Assembly: GCF_006345805.1 (NCBI RefSeq)
Contig: NC_042998.1
Coordinates: 108,810,001-108,874,000 of the forward strand
Length of the DNA: 64,000 nt
Origin: Octopus sinensis
Taxonomy: Eukaryota
Direction of reading: 5' to 3'
Each line of letters opens with the position of its first letter. The first letter of the stretch is position 1. Shown here piece by piece: positions 13,500-26,899 of this stretch. The translations under genes were made by a program, and so were the position numbers. The notes under the pieces were generated by a model. It searched no databases. It saw nothing but the letters and a program-made list of their open reading frames with translations, and was not told the origin of the DNA.

Positions 13500-14850
13500 T
13501 CTAGACGTTTTGCAAGCAACTTGCACATGTAAGTGTTACCAGTCGAAAGCTCTGCATACCAGAAGCCAGAAATATTATGGGATTAACAGGAGAGAATGCG
13601 CGCCGTTTCGGGGCCTACCCTTTGACGGCATCATTGCACACTGGTCCCTCTAATTGAAATGAGGCCCCGCTTGCTAGATCAACTTGTTATCAGATATAGC
13701 TCAATATTATTCTAGGCATTGCTAATCGTCTCTTTTTAACCAAATACAGTTGCTTGCCTTTTCCACTGTAGTTTGAATATCACTCATGGTGCTATTTGAT
13801 TTACGATGAGTTAGGCCTAACGATGATAAAGTCGCCTCACACTGTGTCCAACGAATCCTCTTCATCCGGCTCCGCCTGCTTGGTCTACACTTTCCTTTCG
13901 CAAATCGGGCCCCATATTTAACTACAAATAACTCCTTTCCTGTATAGTATATTGAGCTTGTTAACTTTCTCAGTTTTTCCACTGTAGATCCTGAAATTTT
14001 ATAAAGAGCTTAACATACCTTGTTTTCAAACTCTTTATATCTTCCTTTCTCATTAGCAGCAGGCCACAGAACCCTCAGTTGCTTCCGAGTACTATCTGAC
14101 GCACCAGCTTCCTGTCGGGAAGTGTTTGCTGTAGCAAACCGCTGTGGTTTGAGTGCAGAGATGATTTGTCACTTGTTTTACGATCAGATGATCCACATTG
14201 CTCTGTGTTCTTCTTACAAGTCTTTCCATGATATATCTTGAAGCCTCTCTCGGTTGCAAAAGTGCTACAGCACAGTTTGCATCCATAGAAGTTTGCACTC
14301 CCTTCTCTGATCGAAGGAATAGCCTTATTCATGCACAAGGTCATTTCTGTATTAACTGGGTTTGATTGATTCCCGACTCGCTCCTCTCGATCAATCATGG
14401 GGCTGTCATTCTCATTGGTAGTTGTTGCAATATGTTACAGAGGTGAGGATTGTAAGTCCTCAGCCTCCGCAAGTCTTTCTTGGCGTCAATAGTCTTTCCC
14501 ATTCTCAGCTCATCTTTCCGAGCAGTCCTTTTGTCTTTCCAAGATGCCTAACCGTCTTTACGGTGTGTCAGTGGTTACCTACCACAAGGTCTGAGATGTT
14601 TTGCAAACAACTTGCACATGCAAGTACTACCAGTCGAAAGCTCTGCATACCAGAAGCCAGCAAGCGTGTGGGGTTATCAAGAGAGAATGCACGCCGTTTC
14701 GAGGCCTAACCCTCGGAATGGGGTCCCGCTTGCTAAATCAACTGGTTATCAGATATAGCTCAATATTCTTCTAGCCATCGCTCAACGTCTCTTTTTAATC
14801 AACTCCAGCGACTTACCTTTTCCACTGTAGTTTGGATGTCACTCATAAAT
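13500..14850 (-). mobile_element. HERO-type (R2-group, RLE-bearing) non-LTR retrotransposon: internally deleted copy preceded by the 3' end of another copy
   Basis: ORF 14075-14398 has an N-terminal zinc-finger-like motif (CKLCCSTFATERGFKIYHGKTC). Region 13722-13900 gives G*RGFVGHSVRRL/LSSLGL...VEKASNCIWLKRD, the RLE C-terminus. The ~270-bp 3' segment is present twice (about 13500-13790 and 14590-14850). Confidence 0.75.
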
Positions 14851-16738
14851 TTAAATTATTTCCCGTACATTTTTATAAATGATATTTACAATAAATTCGT
14901 ATACTCTGCTTCTAAATGATCATCACAATTAGGCTTTGGGTTGTGATTATAAGCATCATTATCTTCATTATCCTAAATTTTTCCTATTTCTTACATACAT
15001 ACATTTATTCATTCATTCATACATATATACATACATAGATACATATATTCTTGCATACATATATACATACATACATACATCTATATGCGTGCATGGAAGC
15101 GCGCGCGCACACACACAAATACATGCATGAATTTTTCAAAACTATTTTCCAAATTACTAGTTATAATTATTTCTTCACGGATATACTTTTAAGTATATGC
15201 TGTTCACATTTCATGCTGAATCGATAGAAAAGTAGATTTAATATTTTCTTCATAGTTTAAGGTTTTCTCTTCAAATCATTCTATTACCATATAATAACGA
15301 TCGCGAATCACTGTAAAAGTCTCCTGCTTTCGTAGTTTCGTTTTCATTCTGATATTTGTAGGTGCATGTTTTTACGCAAATTCAATCCAGCTGTGCATTG
15401 ATCAAGTGTTTGTTATTGTAATCTCTGGTTGACTAAAGTCTTGCGAACATTGGTTTGTAAATGGGAGTTGTGAATGTTTTCAGAACCTTTTTATTCTCCT
15501 TCGTTATCATGGGAGCTTAAAATATGAAAAAAAGTTTGAAAACACTTAAACTTTTGCTTTTAACAAGGTAAATAACTCCTTCACTGGAAAATAGAGTTAT
15601 TTTCCTTACTTGTAATACTTGAAGCCATTTAAAAAGTTATTTTATAATAAGGGAAACAAAATAGTAATTTTTGATTAAGGTAGATTAACGTCTGTAAAAA
15701 AGGAAACTATAACAGCGGAGAAGGAGAAGGCTTGGTGTTTTAACTAAGCAACTAGAATAAAGTAAGGGACTGACAGAAGAATGAAAATTTGAAAAGAAGA
15801 ATGGAAATAATATTTGTGGGGTAACAAAATCAAATGCATATGCATATATATATTTCTAGTTGTGTGAAGTCGGTGTTTGTCAAAGGCGCAGTTCATGCTT
15901 TGCTTCAAAATGTTTGTGTATACCTGATATCTCCCTTTCCCTGTTTAACATAACTTTTTACATATGAATGCTTTCGAATTCTCAGCTGTGCACAAATCAC
16001 AGCTTCGACTTCCAGTTTGCTGGAAATTGGATCTTTCTGAGAATTTTTTCTGAGATTCTGAAATTTGAAGAAAATTCCGGACGTTTACAGCTGACTCGCA
16101 GTATTCTTTTTCATTTTTGTGTTTAAGGAAAGATTCTGGTTATGGAACTGGTGAACTTGTTGAATACAGGAGACTGGAAATGATTATGTGTAAATAGGCA
16201 CTACTCTTCCTAGAACGAGGGTATAGTATCCGTCATTAGTTGTTTTAATCGTTAACCTTGCTGATCAGGAGTCCGCCATGTTTAAATATCATTCCAAAGC
16301 CTCGTTTTCGACTAGCTGGCGAGATGATGGAAATAACTGTCAGTAGTAATAATAACAGTAATTATTATCACAATATAATTGTAAAATGTTCGTTAAAATT
16401 TCTTTTTCTCATGCTATTCTAGTGTTTCTCCATTTCTATTAGATTGGGTTCGTTAGGTGACTTCTGTATTCTAAATTATTGTTTTTGTATTGTAGAATTT
16501 TCTTCAGGATTATCTTAGATCCATTATAAATTAATTATTCACCAGAACCTGCGCTTTTTCTTGAAACATTATTAAATTTTTTTTTTTTTTCTATACCATG
16601 TGGAGATAAACTGGACCTGAAGGTTATGGTTGTAAAGCCAGTCGTAGCACATCTGATTAAATTTTTACTATAGTTTTATTAAGTATCGTTTATAAAGATA
16701 GATACAAACGTATCTATCTATCTATCTATCTATCTATC

Positions 16739-16780
<42 letters not shown>

Positions 16781-16781
<1 letters not shown>

Positions 16782-17373
16782 GGCCAGATCGACGAAACCG
16801 TTCTGCACGTACTCGTGCAGTGTCCAACCATTTCGGACCTGTGGACTCATACCGAAGGGATGCTGTAGCGTTTGGGACGAGTCCGCCCGTCGGCCGAGTC
16901 TATCGTGCAAGGTTTAAACACAAACATTTACGTCTCAGGTCAATCGCTCATCAACGTTTTCAAGTATTACTTGAAAAGGAAGGTGACAATAGAGAAGCAA
17001 GTTTTGTCTCGTGAATGTTTCAATAAAAGTGGGTGAATGTAGCAAAGATGGTGCGTGCAAGTGACGAAACCACTTTGAGCATGATCCTGTAAATCGAAAA
17101 GAGAGAGAGAGAGAGAGCACTTTGCTCCCATGTGTTTATTCTCTCCTTGCCTGAGGTTACCGTTGTCTTTTGTGTAGGCTTTTCTTTCCAATCTTGCTTT
17201 TCACATTTTAGATTTTTTTCTGTGATACACGATCCCTTTTGATGGTTTTTTTTTCTCACGAGCCCTTTTGATCGGAATTTTATTTTTCTCCGTTTTTTCT
17301 ATTTTCGAAAAGAAAAGCTGTTCATTATATTTTGTCCCATCTGTGTTCGGCCCTGTGTGGCTAATAAAGAAAC
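16781..17373 (+). mobile_element. Tx1/L1-clade LINE 3' fragment inserted in (TATC)n
   Basis: Translates GQIDETVLHVLVQCPTISDLW, the tail of a CCHC zinc knuckle, then a C-terminal ORF remnant and 3' UTR with AATAAA at 17363. (TATC)n flanks it at 16711-16780 and from 17375. Confidence 0.7.
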
Positions 17374-17451
<78 letters not shown>

Positions 17452-17475
17452 GTATATCTATCTATCTATTATATT

Positions 17476-17510
<35 letters not shown>

Positions 17511-18839
17511 ACGTGTAAGTATGTGTGTTTTCGCCTTTTTGTTTGTATTTCCGCCCCAGTGTATCTATATTTGTCTTTGTAATTCTAAACTAGCGGTTTT
17601 ATTTGCAATTATAACGTCAAAAAGATAAATTGACAATTTAACAAAGATTGATAAAACAGTATAAGTCTAAAATAAGTACTGGGGTATACATCATGGACTA
17701 AAATCATTGATAGAGTTGTCCATGTATGACCAATTTCAATGATGAAAAGAAGTAAAATTATATAAAAGAATTTAAGAATATGCAAATAAATAAATAAAAA
17801 AACACATTAAAGCTAAACTATACTGATAGATAATAGAAAAGTGAAAGGAAACAAAACGGCTTTCAAATCCAATAAAAGCGTTAACATAAGTTTCAAAATA
17901 TACCATGAGATCAATATTCTTATATTTGGCCAAGAAAATTATCAAATTAATTAGGAAACGTATGATATTGATTGGGTATAGTGGCGAAGATCAATATAAT
18001 CTATCTTGCACTACCATTTCTTTTACTAATTATTACTACCTGAATGCGAAAACGATTGTCATTAAGAATAATGTATGGCCAGGTAACAAGCAATTACTGA
18101 GTATAGTAAGAGATCTAAATCTCTCTCTCTCTCACACACACACACTCACACACACACACTCGCACGTACACACCTACACACTTACACACACAGGTACGTA
18201 TACCTATTCATCCATCCATCCATCCATCTATGTATCTATCTATATATCTATCTATCCACCTACCTATACATACATATATATACATGTGTGCGTGTGTGTG
18301 TATGTAGATACAAACTCATACATACATAGAATATTTGATATATAATATGTAATAAGTAATATATATATATATATATATCCTCATCATGTTTTAAAATTCC
18401 AACATTTTATTCTTACGTACGACAATGGTTTCCAAATTTCACCGTCTCTTTGTTGCTTTTGCTTTTGTATCACATGCATGTATTTATATGTTATGCTTGC
18501 AATATGTACCACCTACAACTCTATATTATTTATTCATTTATACGTATTTATATATTTACAATCTTTCTCATTCATTAGTTACTTATCTTCCATTTCTCCC
18601 CTTCATCTCAGTGAGAGATAGAGAGAAAGGAAGGTAAATGGATTGAGAGAGAGTGAGAGAGAGATAAAGGAAGAAGGGAAAGTAAGAGACCAGAAATATG
18701 GTTGTTGATATAATATAAAGGAAAAATTGTGAAAGAAGCAGAGAACGATAGATAATAGAGTAAAAAGTATTGCACAACGGGCGAAGAGAAAAAAAAAGAC
18801 GTAAGCAGACGTGATTTCAGTAAAATATATTTTCTCCTC

Positions 18840-18970
18840 TCGGCACAAGGCTCGAATTTTTCGGGGGTGTAGTGCGGGCGGTGGTGGCAGTCGATTAGAT
18901 CGACCCGAATATGCAACTAGTACTTATTTTATCGACCCCGAAAGGCAAAGTCGACCTCGGCGGAATCTCA
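18840..18970 (-). mobile_element. tRNA-derived SINE family B fragment
   Basis: Contains the core GTACTTATTTTATCGACCCCGAAAGGCAAAGTCGACCTCGGCGGAAT shared with fuller copies at 53.2-53.6 kb and 60.4-61.0 kb. Confidence 0.7.
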
Positions 18971-21324
18971 AAAATATATACCAAAATGTGAAAGGTAAAT
19001 TTACTACTAGTGTAAATTTACACTAGATTTGAACTTAAAAACGTGTGATTCTGAAATTGAATATTTTAGAATATGTTCCTTGAAGTAGAAGAGGGTGTTG
19101 TTTAAAGATTTGAATTGTTTCAATGGAGAATCAATTGAAGGTTGAAAATATGGCTTTTCGAGTTCCCATCTATTATACCCGTATGAAAACTTGAAAACAA
19201 GGAATAATTCTTTAAAATTCTGTATGCATTGTAAGAACCAAAAATATTTCATAACCATGCGATACAGGAATTAGTTAGGTAAATGTACGGTTTGATTTTA
19301 TAATATAAATATTACAATATAAAACTTGTGGGTGCCTCTATGTGGTCTCTTGACTTGCTAGAAATATTGGCGAATTTCATTCAAATCATACGCCACCGTC
19401 CTAAAATATGGACGTACATACGTTAGATGAGGTAAACCAAAATACCTCCTAAAAATATGTGTTTGGCATGGCTGGAATGAGTTTACTAATGTATCTCCCC
19501 AATCAAGGCTGACTTGAAGCTATACAATAGTAATTGGATGCAATTAGAACAAAGGTAACTATATTGAATATTGTCACATACCATGTAAAGTTTGTGGTTT
19601 GATTGCTGATATGTCATGCTGGCGTTTCAAAAAAACACATAGGCTCATCAATTACAAGTTCCTAGTTGAATTTCATCAACATACTGGCTCTTCGTTCGTA
19701 CAGAAGGAAGTGATTATCATAATGTATTGTATATAAGACTGAAAGCAAAACAACCAACAAATATATGGCAACATGTAATATATTAACGAAATCTCAATCT
19801 CACCCCGTACTGAATCATGCATAAATCTGTTGGTTATTTCTCACCTCTATCTTCAATTTCTGCATTAACAGAGATACCTGTATATGTATACTAGCTGTGA
19901 AGAATCACATTTTCACTATTATTGAAGATATTTCATATTAGGCACCACAACAATCTGATATTACATCTGCAAGGAGATATTCAAGTGATACACATAATTT
20001 AAAAGCAGTAAAGAAATAAATATGAGGTATTTGTGAAATAACTGTCAGAAAATTATAAGTGTGTATTTTAAGATTTGATTGCAAAAACAGAAAGTAAAAT
20101 TTGTTCTGTATAAATAAACTGTCTCTAATTAGCAGTGGCTAATTACACATAACAAAATAAAGTTATTGATATTTATTATTTACTATAAATATCTCTTCAT
20201 AATAGCTTACGAATTATCCCTTACTACTCAAATTTGCAATCATAGATAGTGACATCATGCCTTTAAGGTTATGAGAATATTTTTGAAAATTTCTTATTAG
20301 AAGTCTCCAAGATTTTTTGAGTTGTGTATAAGCTGCTATTATATGATAAAGTAAGTTACGTACACTGTTAAAATCCTTTGAGACATGTATATTTAATATA
20401 TATATATATATAATGGATACAATGTATATGATACGTGCGTATCATTTAAACAAGACATGCAATGAGAATCTCAGTAACTAATGCATTCTAAATGATAAAT
20501 TGGTAAATATAGAAATCTGGAAAAGATTTGGTTTGGGGGACTGCCTTCTGATTAACGTTGCAACTGTATGAATTTCTACAATACAGTCCTGGTTAGAGCT
20601 GATATAGTTTTGCATTTCGTGAAAACTAATATACTTTGTGTGCAAGATTTTCTTTCAACATATTGTGATTCAGAGTCGACGTACATGCCTAGTTTCTGCG
20701 GTTAGCAAAACACAAAACATAGATTCAGACCTGTTCTCATCGATCATTGAGCAGTACACATCCGCTGCTATATCTGTATATTGACATATATTATTTAATT
20801 GAAATGTCCGAGATTGGTGAGAATCCGGATATCGATTAATTTTTGGTCACTTATTGGCTTCAGAATTATAATATATTTTGTTAATTCTAATGATGAATGA
20901 AGAACAACGGCAATATCGAAAGAATGACTACTCGTTATACATTAGCGAAATAAACAACAGGTGAAGAAATGTGTTCTAATGTACTACAGTAAAAGAGGTT
21001 TCATATAAATCTGAAACAGTGTTTTCTATAAGACTGGAATAGTAAAGCTATATAACATGGGCTTTCATTCAATCATAAATCAATAAAATTGGATATAAAT
21101 GTTGATGTGTAAGAAAAAAACATGGTCTAAATATAGGTGACGGTGTTTATGCCGTGATCTAAAGATCCCACGGAAACACCTATTTAAAGGACATCTAACA
21201 TTTATATGGAATGGTGTATACACCCAATTCGCGCATATATATGCATGCCCGTGTGCGTATGTATGTAAGTGTGTGTTTGTGTGCACACGGAAGTGGGTAT
21301 GTGCGCAACATATATATGTATATA

Positions 21325-21394
<70 letters not shown>

Positions 21395-21470
21395 ATAATA
21401 AATATTAGGGAATAAATCCAAACTTACAGGGAAAAATCAGATTTAGGATTGAATCCAATTTTATAGTAAA

Positions 21471-21830
21471 ATATTATATTATATTAAATTAGAGTCAAAA
21501 CTACTATTAGGCAAATCATACAATGAAAAACTTAAGCCAATACATAAGATTAATTAATTTATATTATTTAAATATATAACAAACTTATTAAAAAAATATA
21601 ATTAATATATCACTACGATCGTTTCATGGCTGTTAATTTCTTTAAATTTTCGAGTTACAGTCATTCATCAGGTAGTTTAAATATTTATCTTGGCGAGGTT
21701 TAAACAATATTTTAAAAATAATTTTGTTATATATTTAAATAATATAAATTAAATAATCTTATGTATTGGCTTAAGTTTTTCATTGTATGATTTGCCTAAT
21801 AGTGGTTTTGTCTCTAATTTAATATAATAT
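21471..21830. repeat. ~120-bp inverted repeat enclosing a hammerhead (PLE inverted-pLTR-like)
   Basis: 21471-21595 is nearly the reverse complement of 21715-21830. A third, diverged direct copy starts near 21905 and a truncated one near 41355. Confidence 0.8.
21612..21676 (-). ncRNA. Type I hammerhead ribozyme motif (degenerate stem III)
   Basis: Minus strand: ACTAC-CTGATGA-ATGACTGT...ACAGCCAT-GAAA-CGA-TC-GTAGT. Stem I is a perfect 5 bp and the core is intact. Confidence 0.7.
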
Positions 21831-21855
21831 GTATATATATATACATATATATATA

Positions 21856-21904
<49 letters not shown>

Positions 21905-21996
21905 AATATTATTAGAGACAAAACCACTATTTTGCAAAACAAACAAGGAAAGACTTAATCAATACATAAAATTTTAATAAATAGTCAAAAAAACCG

Positions 21997-22039
21997 CCAC
22001 TACAATTGTTTCTTGTCTTGATCGACAATCTTCAGGTGG
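21997..22039 (-). ncRNA. Intact minimal type I hammerhead ribozyme
   Basis: Minus strand: CCAC-CTGAAGA-TTGTC GATCAA GACAA-GAAA-CAATTG-TA-GTGG. Stems I (4 bp) and II (5 bp) are perfect, stem III is the palindrome ACAATTGT, the triplet is GUA, and cleavage is predicted between 22001 and 22000. Confidence 0.85.
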
Positions 22040-22063
22040 ACTTCCAATAAGTCAGTTTCAAAT

Positions 22064-22141
<78 letters not shown>

Positions 22142-22508
22142 TATTAACATGAGTACATACACACACATGTAAGGAGAATAGACAGAATCGTTAATAATGA
22201 TGGATACGATGTAGGTTGGTATTCGTTGCATTAAACATTACATTCCGTCTTTTTGGAATTTTTGATTATAGTAACTGGGACGTACAGCCGTTAGTTCAAT
22301 TCTCTCTCTCTCTGAACCTGGAATCTTTAGGGCCGTTGGACATTACTTGATTATCTATTACATAGATAAACAGATATGCTATCAGAGCCGCCCGTGGAAG
22401 ACTGATATACGGTTCAGTAATGCGCAGAAGCATGTATATATGTGTGAGCGTGTATGCGTGTGTATATACATAAACATTACACATAAATATAATAAGCCAC
22501 CCCACGCG

Positions 22509-22571
<63 letters not shown>

Positions 22572-23055
22572 GTAGGATAAACATAACATACAGTTTATAC
22601 ATTTTTTTCTTATAGCACGTTTCACTAATGTGGCTGTTTAAATCTTTTGTAGTGATAAATCATAGTGTCATCGGATGCAGACACAGAACGGTTATTCATG
22701 AGAGCACTTTATTTTATTTTATTAACACACACACACACATGTATGTATGTATGTATGTATGTATGTATGTATGTATGTAGTATGTATGAATGTATGTATG
22801 AATGTATGTATGTATGTATATATGTATGTGCGTGTGTATGATGGGTGTCCACTCGTGATCGAGGACGGCCATCCTTGACTATTGCACATGTAAAACGTCA
22901 GCAATACCTGCACGTGAGATTATTGCACCAGTAGTCAGATACATCCGGGCTAGCGTTTGCAGCTTCCGTGTTTGCCGTGATGCCCTCTTACTCGACAGGG
23001 CATCGGAAATCACCTCATCGGCAATTGTACAATCTAAAATTTTAGGTCCAATACA

Positions 23056-23096
<41 letters not shown>

Positions 23097-23708
23097 CTTT
23101 GCATAAGTGTAGATCGTAACATCGGCAAAAAACGTCCAGTTGTTCATTTAACTGAACTCCCTACTTATTGAATTAAGATACCTGCGACTTTGTATAATAC
23201 AGTCACGAGTACCTTTTCAGCAATCCTCAGTGAGGATCATCAGAAACAATGTAACAAGAGTAGCCATTTCGATTAGAAGTACAAATCCATGGCTATAGGT
23301 TCCCTAACAGTTTCGGTCTGTTCAGTTTTGGGATGTTCAGTTTCGGTCTGTTGAGTTTCACTCATAATGCCTGGGTGAACCCAAATAAAAAAACATTATT
23401 CTAATATTCCATACAGTGATGTCAAATCCTGACCTGATGTTCGTGAATGGAACATGCTTTCATGCATGTTCGTAATATGTATTTTTACATGGCATTTATT
23501 CTCGTTGAATGTATTTTTATTATTTCAACTAGCCGTCTAAATTGGAAAACAAATGGCTAAAATAAAAAGTTGCTGTTTCCCGTCATCCATTTACCCAAAC
23601 ATTTCCAGCTATTTGCTCTTTAAATGAGCAAGATGTTTTGTACATTGCTATTGTCTCAGATATAACTAGCATCTACGCACACACAGGCACACACACGCAC
23701 ACACAAAC

Positions 23709-23746
<38 letters not shown>

Positions 23747-23756
23747 ACACACACAC

Positions 23757-23834
23757 ATTATTCTTAAACAAGAATACCGTTGACAGTGGCATCAGTTTTT
23801 GTCACTATCAATAAGATTCTTGTTTAAGAATAAT
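23757..23834. repeat. 78-nt hairpin
   Basis: Perfect 19-bp inverted arms (ATTATTCTTAAACAAGAAT at 23757-23775 and 23816-23834) plus an inner 8/9-bp stem (TTGACAGTG / CACTATCAA). Confidence 0.85.
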
Positions 23835-23908
23835 ATATTTGTACTTTACGAAAGTACAGAGGAAGTCATAAAATTAATGAAAACTTTATATTTAACTGAA
23901 CATAAAAG

Positions 23909-23945
<37 letters not shown>

Positions 23946-24222
23946 ACACATATATATGTATATTGAGTGTAAGAAAAGGGGTGAGAGAGACAATTATCCG
24001 GAAAAATAAATTAGATAAATCTAATATATCTAATTTGTTTTTCCACATAATTGCTTCTATATCCGCTCAACTTGATCCCTCTTATAACCACTCTTTATCC
24101 TGCGTAATCGATCCCCTGCAAAGACTTTGGAGTCTAAGTTTGAATCCTATTTGAGCACTAAGTATCTTCTATATTGAGAATCTCTGGATCTCATCTGCAG
24201 GCGCTGTGTGTGCGTGTGTGTT

Positions 24223-24380
<158 letters not shown>

Positions 24381-24540
24381 TCATTGTATGAAATCTACAA
24401 ATAATTTAATTCACCACTACGCGCGTTTCCACAAATTACATATTTCTTAAGATCATAGACTCCGGCACAATAGATTAGGTGGTTTTATATGCACACTGAA
24501 AATGTTTCCCGAAACGAACTTAAAAGATATATATATATAT

Positions 24541-24701
<161 letters not shown>

Positions 24702-24812
24702 TAATATAATATAATACAATATAATATAATATATATCCTTATTTCTAATAATTTATCCTTTATATATTAAGTCATAGAAGCTGTTTATGTATTTGTTAAT
24801 GTACAGGTAAGT

Positions 24813-25131
24813 GAGGGCGCGTGGCTTAGTGGATAGGGCATTCGGCTCATGATCGTAAGGTTGTGAGTTCGATTCCCGGCGACGCGTTGTGTCCCTGAGC
24901 AAGACACTTTATTTCACGTTGCTCCAGTCCACTCAGCTGGCAAAAATGAGTTGTACTTGTATTTCAAAGGGTCAGCCTTGTCACTCTCTGTGTCACGCTG
25001 ATTTTCCCCGAGAACTACGTTAAGGGTACACGTGTCTGTGGAATGCTCAGCCATTTGCACGTTAATTTCACGAGCAAGCTGTTCCGTTGATCGTATCAGC
25101 TGGGACCCTCGTCGTCGTAACCGGCGGAGTC
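24813..25131 (+). mobile_element. tRNA-derived SINE family C, apparently full length
   Basis: A-box TGGCTTAGTGG and B-box GAGTTCGATTCC, followed by GTGTCCCTGAGCAAGACACTT. The 3' half is shared with 38370-38540. Confidence 0.85.
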
Positions 25132-25488
25132 TTAAAATGTACAGGTGTATATGTGTGCGTGTATGGGTACGTGTATGCCCGTTTACATACGGCATAAGAA
25201 AAGCAAGATAGGTGGATAATGAAACAGCTTGGAACGGGTATAAATAAATAAAATCCCTAATGACTTATGCGTATCCTTAAACTTGGATAAGATTTTCAGA
25301 TATAACATCTGCAGTTGAAATAATTTCGATATTCTTGGTCTTTCTTATCTCTGGATGCTTACCTGAGCGAACTTAAATAGTGACTTGAGTGTTATACTAT
25401 AATCCCATGATCTATAAGTGTCTCATCAATGAGACGGCCACCATCTGACAAGATAAGTCAAGAATCATATAGGTATATAGAAAATAGG

Positions 25489-25990
<502 letters not shown>

Positions 25991-26326
25991 GATCTGTTAA
26001 TGTAGGATCAATAAAAAATTTACTCTATCCAGTGAGTGATAAATATTATTTAATGTACACAGCTACTAATAGTTTCATGCACTACAGAAGTAGTCTAGGC
26101 AAGATTTAAAAACACGTCTCTTGTTCCTGAGCAATCTTCAGGCTCTGTACAAAATAGCCATATATATATAAATATATAAATATATATATATATATGAATA
26201 AATAAATATGTGTGTATGCATATATGTATATATATATGAATATATATATATATGTATATATATGTACACATATGTGTGTATGTATATGTATGTATATATG
26301 TATGTATATACATACATATATGTATG

Positions 26327-26368
<42 letters not shown>

Positions 26369-26561
26369 AGTGTGTGTGTGTGTGTCTATCGCATTTCATG
26401 TGCACAGTGTAAAAATGCGAATACTAATAGCTTCTTGCTATGGAAATATGTGTCCAAGCAATTTTGTTTTAGAACACACTTGTGTCTCCAAGCAATCATC
26501 AAGCTGTGAACACACCGTCTGTTCTAATTGAAAATTAGGAGTAGCCGATGAAGGAGGCGGG

Positions 26562-26712
26562 GAAGAAGAAGAAGAAGAAGAAGAAGAAGAAGAAGAAAAA
26601 GAAGAAGAAGAAGAAGAAGAAGAAGAAGAAGAAGAAGAAGAAGAAGAAGAAGAAGAAGAAGAAGAAGAAGAAGAAGAAGAAGAAGAAGAAGAAGAAGAAG
26701 AAGAAGAAGAAG
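26562..26712. repeat. (GAA)n trinucleotide microsatellite, ~150 bp
   Basis: Near-pure GAA repeat. Confidence 0.95.
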
Positions 26713-26899
26713 AGGTAGTAGGAAAAGAAGAGAAAGAATAAGAAAAATACGGGAGTGGGATGACAGTGGTAGGATAGTGGAATTCTCTTAAATGGTGAAG
26801 TGACCTAAGAGTGACTTGTGATTGTAACAGTAGTGATTGGAATTGTTCTGAATTAATTCATGGGTAGTGCCTGTTCTGAATGCATCGTTTTTAATATTT

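Noticed and set aside
22830-23030. GC-richer island between microsatellites
   Set aside because: Probably a repeat fragment, but no diagnostic motif or second copy in the window, so it was not classified.
24813-24890. tRNA-like sequences (also about 4800-4860 and 40390-40447)
   Set aside because: They continue into SINE bodies and lack a complete cloverleaf or acceptor stem, so they are SINE heads rather than tRNA genes.
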